NCBI GenBank assembly: GCA_964016885.1
Contig: OZ024742.1
Coordinates: forward strand, 316,138,001-316,202,000
Direction: 5' to 3'
Length of the DNA stretch: 64,000 bases
From: Eledone cirrhosa
Lineage: Eukaryota
Part shown: positions 15,020-28,498 of the stretch, piece by piece
Position numbering within the stretch: position 1 is the stretch's first letter
Layout: each line of letters starts with the position of its first letter
Notes under the pieces: model-generated
Databases searched by the model: none
What the model was told of the DNA's origin: nothing
The model's input: the letters and a program-made list of their open reading frames with translations, nothing else
Translations under genes and position numbers: made by a program

Positions 15020-15165
15020 AGTCAGCTCACACTTATGTAGGTTTAGCTGGCCTCCTCCAAGGTATATCTTGTTGGAGGTGTCTTGGATAATTTAATGATA
15101 GGGACCCTAGTCCTATCATTTCATTTCTACAGCTGTGTAAACTGGAGCAACGTGAAATAAAGAGT
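15020..15165 (-). mobile_element. CORE-like SINE fragment
   Basis: Close copy of 6150-6290. Confidence 0.7.
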
Positions 15166-16832
15166 GTTCAAGGTAAAAGTAAATGAAGAAATTGATATAT
15201 ATATATATAAAGGAAGAAATGGATATATATATATATAAAGGAAGCCAAAAAATTAACAAATTTATAATGATTGCAAATATTTTGTTTAAAATCCAAAGTT
15301 ACTGTTCGTTTCCATTTGTCTTTCCCTTGTCGATACTGTTAGTCCGTCACAACAACTGGCATCTGGAGTATAGGATTAAGGAATGTTGTACCTGGCTTTT
15401 GAATTTTTCTACATGGCAATCAATATTTAAGCAAGTTTTTGCCTCAATAAATTACAATAAATTATTGCTAACATTTGTCTTACCCAGTTCATCTAGATGT
15501 CACTCAATTAAAGTTGCTGATGTAAAAATATTGGAGCAATGGCTTGAACTTCATTGTCCCTTTATTATAATCAGAAATGTAGAAAGATATTATATAAGTC
15601 AAATTCTGTATTTTTTGTTTAATTTCAAGAAGAAACCTTTTCGTGTTTTTTTTTAAACAAATACTTCATCAAATGAAAAATGTGAACAGAATGGTTCAGA
15701 CTCAACTAAAAGACCAGACTAAGTTATTCTCCTAGTTTAGTTATTCTTATAGCAAGAAAAAACTTAGGTCTTCCAGGTTTGTTGGCCCCAAACCTTCTTA
15801 GATTTTCGATTTGAAAATGAACGTTCCTAATATAAATGTCCCCCAAAAGCATAAATGAAACTTGTGAAAGTTGCGTTAAATTTGTCATCGTGCTTGTGCT
15901 GCAAATTGAGCAGTGATTACCAGATAATTTCAAAGGTTTAGGACCAATAAAATATTTTGGTACATTTGACTGCTGTAAGCATATCAAACCTGTAATTTTA
16001 GACATTGCAAACTAAGTTTATGACAATGACTAGACTTTGAATGCAAGCAGCTACTGAATGTACCTTAAGTTGAAGTTTCGAATACGATTTCGTTTTGTAT
16101 AGAAACTCAGCCGGAGAAATTCCGCTCAGTGTGGTTTCTGATTCAGCATTAGGATTACTTATTTTGCTACGTTCATATGCAAATATGAAGAGAATTTTTA
16201 GTGGCATGAATATTACACATTAAAGATGCGCAATCATATGAATTTAAAGACTTAGAAAGAAATATTATTCGTAAAATAAATAATAAATGCAGCTGTGTGA
16301 TAAAAGATATCACACAGAAAAAGTAACAATTGATGCCTGTAACATGATTCCAGAAAAAAAGTTGACAGCAGGTTCCACGTTTGGGAAGATTGCTTTGATT
16401 TCGAACTCTTTGGTTTGGCTTAAATATAAAGTCAATCGGGTTAGGTTTTATTTACATACTTTTTCAATTTTTTATCAACTATTGTTGCCACATAACCCAT
16501 ATTTTAGAGCGTTTTTACTAAGTTTTAACAAAATATTGACGGTTTTCTTACAGCAACATTGACCTTAATTTATGAATTAATTGGAAAGACTGATGGTAAA
16601 TATCAAATAATGTTTTTGTTTGTGTAATTTCTCTATTAAGCAGGTGCATCTTATCAAATTAAAATTTGTTTAGTAAACTCAGAATCAGACCAACTAGGCT
16701 CAACAAACCTATTTCCCCATGACTATACATGATATGAATATTAAGTATATTCATTTCGTTATAGATTACAGAATTACAGACGTCAACAAAACACCAACCA
16801 TTGACATTTGTTTCTATCATACAAAGCATTGT

Positions 16833-17222
16833 CAGGGCGGTGGATTGGTAGGGCGTCGGACAACATGCTTAAAATTACGTTCCTTTACCTTCTGAGTTCA
16901 AATCCCGCTGTGGTTACCTTTGCCTTTCATCCATACGGGTTCGATAAAATAAAGTACCAGTAACGCACTGAGGTCGATTTAATCGACCCCCTCCGTCACC
17001 AAAATTGTTGGCCTTGTGCCTAAATTAGAAACCATTATTCAGGGCGGTAAATTGGCAGTATCGGTAGAACATCGGGCAACATGGTTTGCGGCGTATAGTT
17101 ATGTCTCTTTACGTTCTGAGTTCATATCCCGCCGAGTTTAGCTTTGCCTTTCATGGTCAATTTACTCAACTTTCCCCTCCCTCAAAATTGTTGGCCATCT
17201 GCCTCAATCAGAAACTATTATA
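16833..17222 (+). mobile_element. Two tandem Nin/Deu-domain SINE copies
   Basis: CAGGGCGGTGGATTGG head at 16833 and CAGGGCGGTAAATTGG head at 17040. Confidence 0.88.
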
Positions 17223-17308
17223 TGTCTACTCAATATGAGCTGAAGGGCTGACATAGGATTAAACAACAATCAGAGTAGTGTAACAGAGGATATATTAGTT
17301 ATGACGCG

Positions 17309-17366
17309 CCAATAAAGCGGGGATGTAGTGGGTGTACATATCAAATGTTACATATAAATATAGTAA

Positions 17367-17404
<38 letters not shown>

Positions 17405-17484
17405 TTACTATATTTATATGTAACATTTGATATGTAATATAATATTATGTGATCTCTACACTCACTACATCCCCGCTTTATTGG
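17309..17484. repeat. Palindrome centred on a (TA)n tract
   Basis: CCAATAAAGCGGGGATGTAGTG...ACATATCAAATGTTACATATAAATATAGTAAAATA mirrored after the TA run, with ~22 extra nt in the right arm. Confidence 0.9.
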
Positions 17485-17749
17485 AAATAGGGGTGGGGCG
17501 CTGAGGGTATTACGTGGTCGTGAGAGGGGGGGGGGGGGACAAAATGTTTGAGAACCGCTGCTCTAGTTCTTTTTACTCCAATGGTTGGAATCCTTTTTTT
17601 TTTGCAACATGAAAAGACAACTAGATTTTCTTTCTAACAATAGTAAGGGTTCAGATGTTGTCTGCCCCTGATCTCAGCTAACGCACTTCAAATATATACA
17701 GTTGATTTATAATCGCTCTTTTATTGTCATATGTTCTGTCATTATTATT

Positions 17750-17941
17750 CAGGGGTGGTGGATTGGCAGTATCGGTAGAGGGTCAGGCGCCATGCTTTGC
17801 AGCATAGAGTTACGGCCCTTTACGGTCTGAGTTCAAATCCCCCAGAGGTTAACTTTTCCTTTCATCCTTACGGGGTCGATATAATAAAGTACCAGTAATG
17901 CACTGGGATAATTTCTGGCCTTTTGCCAAAAATAGAAACAA
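17750..17941 (+). mobile_element. Nin/Deu-domain SINE
   Basis: Consensus match. Confidence 0.9.
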
Positions 17942-17949
17942 TTATTATT

Positions 17950-18196
17950 CAGGTGCGGTGAAACTGGGGGCAAAGGGAAGCCATGCTCCCCCCCACCTAA
18001 TAATTATATTTTTCTCCTCAAACTACCAAAAGACACATCTATTTGGCTATAAGCTACAATTTATTTACATGTTATGTTTATCGCATATCGAAGTTATCTG
18101 GTCATTTTAGAGTACAAAGAGCTAAACTAATCACTACAAAAAGATTGATACCCCCCCCCCCCCCTCTTCCATAGTTCAGAAATGGTTCCGCCCCTG
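17950..18196. mobile_element. hAT-type MITE
   Basis: Ends CAGGTGCGG / CCGCCCCTG; near-identical 8-bp flanks TTATTATT / TTATTATA. Confidence 0.6.
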
Positions 18197-18214
18197 TTAT
18201 TATAATTTGTCAAG

Positions 18215-18410
18215 TGTGTTGGATTGGCAGTATCGGTAGAGCGTTGGACAACATGATTCGCGGCATAGAGTTACGTTCTGATTTCATATCCCACCGAGAT
18301 AAGCTTTGTCTCGGGTTTGATAAAATAAAGCACCAGTAATGCACTGGGGTCGATTAAATAAATTTTCCTTTCCCCAAAAATTGTTGGCATTGTGCCTAAA
18401 TCAGAAGCTA
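18215..18410 (+). mobile_element. Nin/Deu-domain SINE (deleted copy)
   Basis: Consensus match. Confidence 0.85.
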
Positions 18411-18856
18411 GTATTTCAATTTGATATTTTGTTTTGAAAATATAACACATCTAAGCAAATTGATTTCCACCATTAAAAGACCCCTACATCTCCATATAAA
18501 ACAGGAAAACTAATAGGTAATTTACATAACCAATCATGATACTATTTATAATACTATTTTGAATACAAAGTATTGTAGATATTCTGGGACATAGGGTTTT
18601 TCGGATGAAAGACCTCTTCTCTATGGTAATAAATGTAAGGCTAAGGCTAAAGAACATGACTTAGATTCTCTGTTGAATTACATTATCCATCGCAATTGCC
18701 TTACTTCCGAGAAGGCATATTCATTTTACCTATAACCAAACTTGTACGATTTGTTCTTGTCTCTTTATGTGCAATAATTTAGAAGATTGTGTATCTTTTA
18801 TGCAATTTGTAAGATATACAATTCGTACTTGGTATCCGTCTTCTAACAATATCCTG

Positions 18857-18961
<105 letters not shown>

Positions 18962-20549
18962 TTAAGAACAATTTATATGTATACAACTGTTCAAAAGGCT
19001 TCGTATGTGGTGGAAAATTTTCATGAGAATGTGGGTGTCGTTGACATGATAAGAATTTGAATAAACAAACTTTAAGTGACCTCCCAGAATTTTCCTGGCG
19101 TCACTGTTTTGATCATGATGAGATTTAACAAATCTTAAAGGTTCCCAAAGTAAAAGATATGTATTTTGTCTAAAGATAACAAACACACCTTATGCACTCT
19201 GTCATGCCAAGATTCGATTACTTATTACGCAAAAATAGTATATATGTTTTTAAATAGCTAGCTCCATTCATAATTGACCTTTATTACTATGACGAAATTT
19301 TGTATGTTTACATAAGACATTTTTGTTTTTCCTCCTGGCACACCTACCGTTTATCACACGCCAATAGCAACCTAAATTTCCTGTCATTACAATTACAACC
19401 ACCCAAATAGAAATAATAACTTTCAACAGAAAATTTTAAACATTAATCACATTAACCTCGCCCAGCTACAATGGGCGGGAAAAAAAGGACTAGTGACGTG
19501 ATTTCGTCTCTGCATGTAAACAAATAATATATGCTTCGGCAAACACACAGCTGGAAATCGTCAAATAGCCAATTGTATAACTGAAGTACTTACATCTCTA
19601 TTTCTAATCTATATTTTACAGTATGTCGAGAAGTCGTTCTTATTGTCATTGCTTATTGTGCACTCCTAACCTCTATTCTTCCCGTTAATCTTAATGTCAA
19701 GGCTGCTAACGTATACACTTGTTCTTAGATTTTGATGACGTTATTCGTAATTAATAGGTAGGGAATGTGGGCTAAAGGCACTCATATTATTTTAAAGTTA
19801 ATTATATTGTTTTATTCATTTCCTTCTAATGTTACGAGTAAATATTTTCGCTTGTCGGTATTATGTTTTCACCCTTTCACATCTGATGATATAATGACAC
19901 GATCTAGTTATCTGTAATCGCAGTTATAAATAAGGATTACAAATTGTTAACCGTGGACGGACGTAAGCAGTGACACAACAGAAAATCGAGAAAGTGTTTT
20001 GTGGGTCTGCAGTGCAGAGTTCAATTACAACTTGGGTTAGTGTCTGAATGAAATTTATTGGTACATTGACAAAATGAAGTAAACCAAAGAACTATTAATT
20101 CGACCATTCCTGTTAGCGACACGAATTAATTAATTAATCAATTAATATTAGATAGATGATACTTCATGGTTTTGGCAGACAGAACGGCATATGTTTTATC
20201 GTTAAGGAGATATGTTGAAAGATCCAGTCCAACTTGCGGTCATTCTTACAGATGGCCATCACCACCCCGATCACAGGAAAGATGAAGTTGGTTCAGGAAT
20301 TTAGTTTCTATCAAATTCACTTGTATAGCATGTGCTAAATGAAAATAATAAAGGGTTTTTATACAGATATGGATGAGCTATTCCCTCTAGGCATCGCGTT
20401 GACCGGTGTTTAGCGAACACATGCAAAGGGTTAATAAAATAAAATACCAAATGGCTGTAACAATATAATAAATCAAAAAATTATAAACGTAGGGCTATAT
20501 AATCCTAAGACTATATATGGTTTGAACATAAATGAAATTTGTGTATACC

Positions 20550-20614
<65 letters not shown>

Positions 20615-20869
20615 ACACACACACACACACAATGACCTATGGTGAAAGTGCTCCCAGTCATGAATACTTGAACACCAAGTTGATTTTTTTGACACATTAT
20701 ATCTACAATTGTCTTATCCAATGTATATTTCCTCTTTTAATACAGTAGAGTATGATTTGACTTATTTTTAACAGCTTGATCAATTGCGTTGGTGTACCTC
20801 GATGACGAAGGCTCTCGTGTCAGGTTTCAGTCGTCAAATGTTATATGTCCATTTTCTGCAAGTGTATGT

Positions 20870-21260
20870 TTGTAGTGAACTGGCTGAGTTGTTAAAATGG
20901 CGGATAGAATGCATTATGATATTCGTTTTTACTTTCTCAGTTCAAATCCGGCCTAGGTCAAATTTGCGTTGAGGGGTCGATAAAATAAAGTACCAATAAC
21001 GCACTGGGATAAATTTAATCGACTTTCCCCTCCCCTCAAATTGCTGGCCTTGTGCCTAAATCAGAAACCATTATTATACAGTATCGGTAGAGCGTCAGAC
21101 ACCATGCTTTACAGCTTAGAGTTATGGCTCTTTACGTTATGAGTTAAAATCTCACCGATGTTAACTTTGCCTTTCATCCTTACGAGGCGATAAAATAAAG
21201 TACCAGTAATGCACTGGGGGTAATTGCTGGCCTTGTGCCAAATGTAGAAACAATTATTAT
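20870..21260 (+). mobile_element. Two adjacent Nin/Deu-domain SINE copies
   Basis: GGGGTCGATAAAATAAAGTACC core at ~20975 and ~21190. Confidence 0.85.
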
Positions 21261-22144
21261 AATTACACTGTAATTTATTTCGGGCCGACGGAAATCTTGT
21301 GAATAAAATTGGGCAGACAGAAATTCTTTGAAGCCAGTCGGATTGATAGACCTTGTACCAAAAGTACATCCTTATGACTCATGTAAAACCAATCTCCCTC
21401 AGAATCATGTTAAGAGTAGACGTGTCTATGGAATATCAAGAGTTAAATTCAAGAGCAGACATTTCTGTTTATCGTACAACTGGAATACCAGTGAATTTAT
21501 GTATGCGTAGAGGCGTATAGATTATAGAAATATTTACATGAAATTTCTAACATCATTTGAACACACTGATGAAATAAACATAAATACATTTATATACATG
21601 TTCCTCTATAAATAGCTAGGTGCTTTAAAACATTAACTTCCGTTTATTTCCCTCCCAAACCACAAACATTTACTGTTCCTGTCGTTAATCACTTCATTTC
21701 TGCCTCAGGCTTTCCTTCTGTTTTTGTGTTTGTGTGCATGTGTGTGTGTGTGCGTGTGTGTGTGTGGGTGTGTGGGTGTATGTGTGTGTGTGTGGGGGGT
21801 CTGTGAGTGCGTGTGTGTGTGGATGTCTGTGTGTGTGTGTCTGGATGTGTGGGGGCGTGCGTGCATGTCTGTGTGTGCGTGTGCATGTGTGTGGATGTGT
21901 GTGTGTGTGGGGGGGATGTGCGTGTGTGTGTGAGTATGTGTGAGAATGTGTGTATGTGTGTGCGTTTGTTTGTGTCTACGACCGTTTTTCTCTCCCTCTC
22001 ATTTTATCTGTCAATCGTTTGTGTCCACCGTTCTGCCTCACTTCCAACTCTGTCTTTCACTACTCTTCCCTCTCCTCATTCACTTTCATTTATTATCTCT
22101 CCTCTCTTTCTCTATTAGTATCTATTTTTCTTTTATGTAATATT

Positions 22145-22362
22145 GGTTTCTTATATAGGCACATGGCCAGCAATTTTGGGGGGGTAGAGGAAGTCTATTA
22201 AATCGACCCCAGTGCGTGACTGGTACTTTATTTTATCGACCCCGTAAGGATGAAAGGCAAAGTTAACCTCGGCGGGATTTGAACTCAGATCATAAAGGGC
22301 CGTAACTCTATGCTGCAAAGCATGGTGTCCGACCCTCCACTAATTCTGCCAATCCACCGCCC
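22145..22362 (-). mobile_element. Nin/Deu-domain SINE
   Basis: Full-length consensus match. Confidence 0.92.
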
Positions 22363-22758
22363 TTTTATATATTATTGCCCTCTTTCTCACTTTCTTCTCT
22401 TTACTCATAAACTTTGGTCATGACAAACGCTCTCATTTTTTCTCGCTATGTAATTCTCATTACTTTTTATCTCCCCATTTCTCCATCAATAATTTGAATC
22501 ATTTTCTTTATTCCACAGTTGTAATTCAAACTAATTATCTTACATCAAAAGTTATTTCATTAAAAAGCAACTTACCCCACCAAATAGATATTTATAATTA
22601 CGTAAATACGCATGTATGTTTGTGTAGTGGGGATGACACGTAATATCGAACATACTCTCTCTCGCACACACAAATATATATATACATATTAAACGATATA
22701 CAATTTACCTTAAATTAGTGATTTTCGTGTCTTTTCTTTTTTTTTGTTAGATCCGGAG

Positions 22759-23064
22759 CAGTGGTTCCCAAACTGGGATCCGCAGTCTCCTAGGGGACCG
22801 CGAAGGGATTTGGGTGGTGGGTACCACGAAGTCGTAGCCAAATTTTCATGGTATACTGTGGTATATCCAATTAGCAAAACCTCTTTAGAAAGCATTGAAC
22901 ATGATAGCAAATTAAATCGTAATAGAATTGTCATGCATTTCATAAAAGTTTGTCTTTGAAAAATTTTGGAAATGTTGCCACAATATGATAGGGGACCGCG
23001 AGGCATCCAAAAAATGGTAAGGGGACCGCCGAGAAAAAAATTTGGAATAGTTTGGAAACCATTG
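22759..23064. mobile_element. hAT (Charlie-like) MITE
   Basis: TIRs CAGTGGTTCCCAAACT / AGTTTGGAAACCATTG; degenerate 8-bp TSD ATCCGGAG / GTCTGGAG. Confidence 0.8.
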
Positions 23065-23074
23065 GTCTGGAGGA

Positions 23075-23420
23075 AGCGGCTATTCCTATGCCATTTTCAG
23101 AGTCTCCGAGATTGATAAGTTGTCTGTGTCGATTTAGCAAGTCGACTCCTGCAGGAAGGACATGTGCGGGGAAAACATTCTTTAAGGGTGACGTTGAAAT
23201 TAGGAAGGACTGGGCATAGTGGTTAGTGCGATGCCTCAAGGATTGGGTGATGGGAGGTTGAGAGACAAATGAGGCGGGATGCTTGTAGCACGAGCTCAGT
23301 CAGCTCAGAGGAGCAGTTGTCATTGTTGTAGCAGTAGACATGTGGCTCAGACCTGCTGTAACGTCCCCGGTGTAGGAGCATTGCTCCATTGTGCTTACTT
23401 GAACATGGTTGAGGTTTAGT
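23075..23420 (-). mobile_element. Decayed 3' end of a CR1/L2-group LINE ORF2
   Basis: Minus frames YCYNNDNCSSELTELV...LSTSHHP and RTNHYAQSFL...VFP resemble the YRYYNG.CS.EL..LVP...RT..Y..SF.P C-terminus of such LINEs (recalled). Confidence 0.5.
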
Positions 23421-23844
23421 AATTGTTTGGTCCTGAAGTATTTTCGGGTTCAGAAGAGAAGGGCTAGTCTGATAAATGCAGTTCTATCTACGTTTAGGAT
23501 GTGCGTTCGCCAGTGATAATGAGGCCTAGTATGAAGCAAACGCGATGGCTCTTTTAATTATATGCTGTTATGTTTCAGAGTGGTGAGGCGAAGTGATGTT
23601 TTAGTTCAATACACGTACAATAAGCAATCAAATAAAAACAATGAAAATTAATCAAATAATTCACTGATTTGATTTCAGTCGTAAATTGTTTCGGAGATCT
23701 CATCGGTGCCAGTAATTATTTCAATATATTACTTATCGATTTCTATTTGTTGAAGTACTATGTTACGGAACAAAAGCAAGTATACATACGTACACATTGA
23801 ATCATAGCGTTTAACAAATCAGAACGTCTAATATAAAGATGTTT

Positions 23845-24325
23845 TATTTAGGCACAAGGCCAGTAATTTGGTTGGAGGGAAAAGTCGATTATATCGACTC
23901 GAGTACTTTACTGGCACTTTATTTTATTGACCAACGGAAGGATGAAAGGCAAATTTGAATATGGTGGGATTTGAACTCAGAACGTAAAGAGCCGGAAAAA
24001 TACTACTACGCATTTGTCCGACGCTTTAATAACTCTGTCATTGACGATACAGAAAGAGAGGAACAACCAATACTTTGTTAGCATTAGATATCGTTTCTTT
24101 ACCTCCAGAGAAGGAATCCTGCCATCATCAACTTTACCAGTAATATACAAAAGAAACGGGGATTGGCAGGATCGTTAGAAGGGCGGTCAAGGATATCTTG
24201 TAGTATTTCATTATCGCTTTTTACGTTCTGTGTTCAAATCCCATCGAGATTCACTTTGCCTTTATTCTTTCCTGGATCGATAAAATATATACCAGCTGAG
24301 TGTTGAATGGTTGGTATAATCGATT
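23845..24325. mobile_element. Two older, head-to-head Nin/Deu-domain SINE copies (23845-24040 minus, 24158-24325 plus)
   Basis: Diverged consensus matches. Confidence 0.8.
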
Positions 24326-25088
24326 GTTAATGTACGTATAGTTATACGTATCTATCTATTTCATTTTCTATTTCCTGATTTCCTTTTTGAATTATTTTAT
24401 AAATTCCTTCCTTTACCTCGCTTTGTTTTCTCGAGTAATTTTCCTTCGGCAATTAAAAAGAAAAACCACCATAATATGTGTAGAAGACCTCGTTCGGGTC
24501 CGACGATGAGTTTTCCAGATTTTCGAACAAGAGAACTGCCTGTTCGTTGAGTTAACGTTAAAATAGCTGAACATTTAACCGACACGTGTACTCTTAACGC
24601 GAATTCTCGTGAAGATTCAACGCGACACACTACGTAGACAAGACTGGCCCTTAATTTACAGACGCATCTAATTTATGTCAGATAAGTGCACTGTAGCAAC
24701 GTGAAATGAACTGGCATGCTCAAAACACAACGCGGCGCTGGGAATCGGACTCGCGACCGTATGTTCGAGAGCCAAAAACTAATTCACATGCTTATATATC
24801 ACAACAATAGATTTAAATATTGAAAGAACTTGATGCCCTCTTTAGCTTTTTAACACACACATACACGCATACATACACACACAGACACAGACACAGACAC
24901 ACAAACGTATGCAAACACACACGCACCTACAGACACACAAACTTAATGTCTTCTCTAGACGTTTTGAGTTTGTTTAAATACGAAAACAAAAAAAATTAAA
25001 GAGTATGAAAAACAAAAACAAAAACAAAATAAAAATAAAACGTCTTGAAAGAAAACCAGGAAATTACGACCGCCGGGTGCACTGAGTA

Positions 25089-25096
25089 ACTTACCT
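25089..25096 (-). promoter_or_regulatory. Consensus 5' splice donor AG|GTAAGT just downstream of the Pro/Thr frame
   Basis: + strand ACTTAC at 25089-25094 then CT; the P/T frame stays open to it: ...PPTTRVTDIARLTNN(AG)|gtaagt. Confidence 0.55.
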
Positions 25097-28000
25097 GTTA
25101 TTAGTGAGTCTAGCAATGTCAGTTACCCTTGTTGTTGGTGGTGTTGTTGGTGTTGGTGTTGTTGGTGTTGTTGTTGGTGTTGTTGTTGGTGGTGGTGTTG
25201 GTGTTGGTGTTGGTGTTGGTGTTGTTGTTGGTGGTGGTGTTGGAGTTGGTGTTGTTGGTGGTGTTGTTGGTGTTGTTGTTGGTGGTGGTGTTGGTGTTGG
25301 TGTTGGTGTTGGTGTTGTTGTTGGTGGTGGTGTTGGAGTTGGTGTTGTTGGTGGTGTTGTTGGTGTTGTTGTTGGTGGTGGTGTTGGTGTTGGTGTTGGT
25401 GTTGGTGTTGTTGTTGGTGGTGGTGTTGGAGTTGGTGTTGTTGGTGGTGTTGTTGGTGTTGTTGGTGGTGTTGTTGGTGTTGGTGTTGGTGTTGTTGTTG
25501 GTGGTGGTGTTGGTGTTGGTGTTGGTGGTGTTGTTGGAGTTGTTGTTGGTGGTGTTGTTGGTGGTGGTGTTGGTGTTGGTGGTGTTGTTGGTGGTGGTGT
25601 TGGTGTTGTTGGAGTTGTTGTTGGTGGTGTTGTTGGTGGTGGTGTTGGTGTTGGTGTTGGTGTTGTTGTTGTTGTTGGTGTTGTTGGTGTTGGTGTTGGT
25701 GTTGGTGTTGGTGTTGGTGGTGTTGTTGGTGTCGGTGTTGTTGGAGTTGGTGTTGTTGGTGTTGGTGTTGGTGTTGTTGTTGGTGGTGTTGTTGGTGTTG
25801 TTGTTGGTGGTGGTGTTGGTGTTGGTGTTGGTGTTGGTGGTGTTGTTGGTGTCGGTGTTGTTGGAGTTGGTGTTGTTGGTGTTGGTGTTGGTGTTGTTGT
25901 TGGTGGTGGTGTTGGAGTTGGTGTTGTTGGTGGTGTTGTTGGTGTTGTTGTTGGTGGTGGTGTTGGTGTTGGTGTTGGTGTTGGTGTTGTTGTTGGTGGT
26001 GGTGTTGGAGTTGGTGTTGTTGGTGGTGTTGTTGGTGTTGTTGTTGTTGGTGGTGGTGTTGGTGTTGGTGTTGGTGTTGGTGTTGGTGTTGGTGGTGTTG
26101 TTGGTGTCGGTGTTGTTGGTGTTGGTGTTGTTGGTGTTGGTGTTGGTGTTGTTGTTGGTGGTGGTGTTGGAGTTGGTGTTGTTGGTGGTGTTGTTGGTGT
26201 TGTTGTTGGTGGTGGTGGTGTTGGTGTTGGTGTTGGTGTTGGTGGTGTTGTTGGTGTCGGTGTTGGTGTTGGTGTTGGTGTTGTTGGTGTTGGTGTTGTT
26301 GTTTGTGGTGGTGTTGGAGTTGGTGTTGTTGGTGGTGTTGTTGGTGTTGTTGTTGGTGGTGGTGGTGTTGGTGTTGGTGTTGGTGTTGGTGGTGTTGTTG
26401 GTGTCGGTGTTGGTGTTGGTGTTGGTGTTGTTGGTGTTGGTGTTGGTGTTGTTGTTGGTGGTGGTGTTGGAGTTGGTGTTGTTGGTGGTGTTGTTGGTGT
26501 TGTTGTTGGTGGTGGTGGTGTTGGTGTTGGTGTTGGTGTTGGTGGTGTTGTTGGTGTCGGTGTTGGTGTTGGTGTTGGTGTTGTTGGTGTTGGTGTTGGT
26601 GTTGTTGGTGGTGGTGTTGGAGTTGGTGTTGTTGGTGGTGGTGTTGGTGTTGGTGTTGTTGGTGTTGGTGTTGGTGTTGTTGTTGGTGGTGGTGTTGGAG
26701 TTGGTGTTGTTGGTGGTGTTGTTGGTGTTGTTGTTGGTGGTGGTGGTGTTGGTGTTGGTGTTGGTGTTGGTGGTGTTGTTGGTGTCGGTGTTGTTGGAGT
26801 TGGTGTTGTTGGTGTTGGTGTTGGTGTTGTTGTTGGTGTTGGTGTTGTTGTTGGTGGTGTTGTTGTTGGTGGTGTTGGTGTTGTTGGTGTTGTTGGTGTT
26901 GGTGTTGTTGGTGTTGTTGGTGGTGGTGTTGGTATTGGTGGTGGTGTTGTAGGTGGTGTTGGTGTTGTTGGTGTTGGTGGTGGTGTTGGTGTTGGTCTTG
27001 GTGATGTTGGTGTTGGTGTTGTTGGTGTTGGTGTTGTTGGTGTTGGTGTTGGTGTTGGTGTTGGTGTTGGTGTTGTTGGTGTTGGTGTTGGTGTTGGTGT
27101 TGGTGGTGTTGGTGGTGTTGGTGTTGGTCTGGTTGGTGTAGGTGTTGTTGGTGTTGGTGTTGGTGTTGGTGTTGTTGGTGTTGGTGTTGGTGTTGTTGGT
27201 GTTGGTGTTGGTGTTGGTGGTTTTGGTGTTGGTCTGGTTGGTGTTGGTGTTATTGGTGTTGGTGTTGTTGGTGTTGTTGTTGGTGTTGGTGGTGGTGTTG
27301 GTGTTGGTGTTGGTGTTGTTGGTGTTGGTGTTGGTGCTGGTGTTGGTGTTGGCGTTGGTGTTGGTGTTGGTCTTGTTGGTGTTGGTGTTAGTGTTGTGGG
27401 TGTTGGTGTTGGTGTTGGTGGTGGTGTTGGTGTTGGTGGTGGTGTTGGTGTTGGTCTGGTTGGTGTTGGTGGTGGTGTTGGTGTTGGTGGTGGTGTTGGT
27501 GTTGGTGTTGGTGTTGGTGTTGGTGGTGTTGTTGGTGTCGGTGTTGTTGGAGTTGGTGTTGTTGGTGTTGGTGTTGGTGTTGTTGTTGGTGTTGGTGTTG
27601 TTGTTGGTGGTGTTGTTGTTGGTGGTGTTGGTGTTGTTGGTGTTGTTGGTGTTGGTGTTGTTGGTGTTGTTGGTGGTGGTGTTGGTGTTGGTGTTGGTGG
27701 TGGTGTTGTAGGTGGTGTTGGTGTTGTTGGTGTTGGTCGTGGTGTTGGTGTTGGTCTTGGTGATGTTGGTGTTGGTGTTGTTGGTGTTGGTGTTGTTGGT
27801 GTTGGTGTTGGTGTTGGTGTTGTTGGTGTTGGTGTTGGTGTTGGTGTTGGTGGTGTTGGTGGTGTTGGTGTTGGTCTGGTTGGTGTAGGTGTTGTTGGTG
27901 TTGGTGTTGGTGTTGGTGTTGTTGGTGTTGGTGTTGGTGTTGTTGGTGTTGGTGTTGGTGTTGGTGGTTTTGGTGTTGGTCTGGTTGGTGTTGGTGTTAT

Positions 28001-28498
28001 TGGTGTTGGTGTTGTTGGTGTTGTTGTTGGTGTTGGTGGTGGTGTTGGTGTTGGTGTTGGTGTTGTTGGTGTTGGTGTTGGTGCTGGTGTTGGTGTTGGC
28101 GTTGGTGTTGGTGTTGGTCTTGTTGGTGTTGGTGTTAGTGTTGTGGGTGTTGGTGTTGGTGTTGGTGGTGGTGTTGGTGTTGGTGGTGGTGTTGGTGTTG
28201 GTCTGGTTGGTGTTGGTGGTGGTGTTGGTGTTGGTGGTGGTGTTGGTGTTGGTGTTGGTGTTGGTGTTGGTGGTGGTGTTGGTGGTGGTGTTGGTGGTGG
28301 TGGTGGTGTTGGTGGTGGTGTTGTTGGTGTTGGTGTTGGTGTTGGTGTTGGTCTGGTTGGTGTTGGTGGTGGTGGTGGTGGTGTTGGTGTTGGTGGTGGT
28401 GTTGGTGTTGGTCTGGTTGGTGTTGGTGTTGGTATTGGTGTTGGTGTTGTTGGTGGTTTTGGTGTTGGTGTTGGTGGTGTTGTTGGTGTTGGTGGTGG
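25095..28498 (-). CDS. Candidate mucin-like Pro/Thr-repeat exon segment (~1130 codons without register shift)
   Basis: Minus frame reads CCA/ACA; recurrent variants in the first ~1.8 kb (GGA, GTC, GTA on +) give synonymous ACT/CCG/CCT; ends at the donor. Missing from the ORF track because it has no start codon. Confidence 0.4.

Noticed and set aside
20207-20303. GDMLKDPVQLAVILTDG resembles a vWA-domain motif
   Set aside because: Only ~32 codons between stops, weak splice signals, no other vWA segments found
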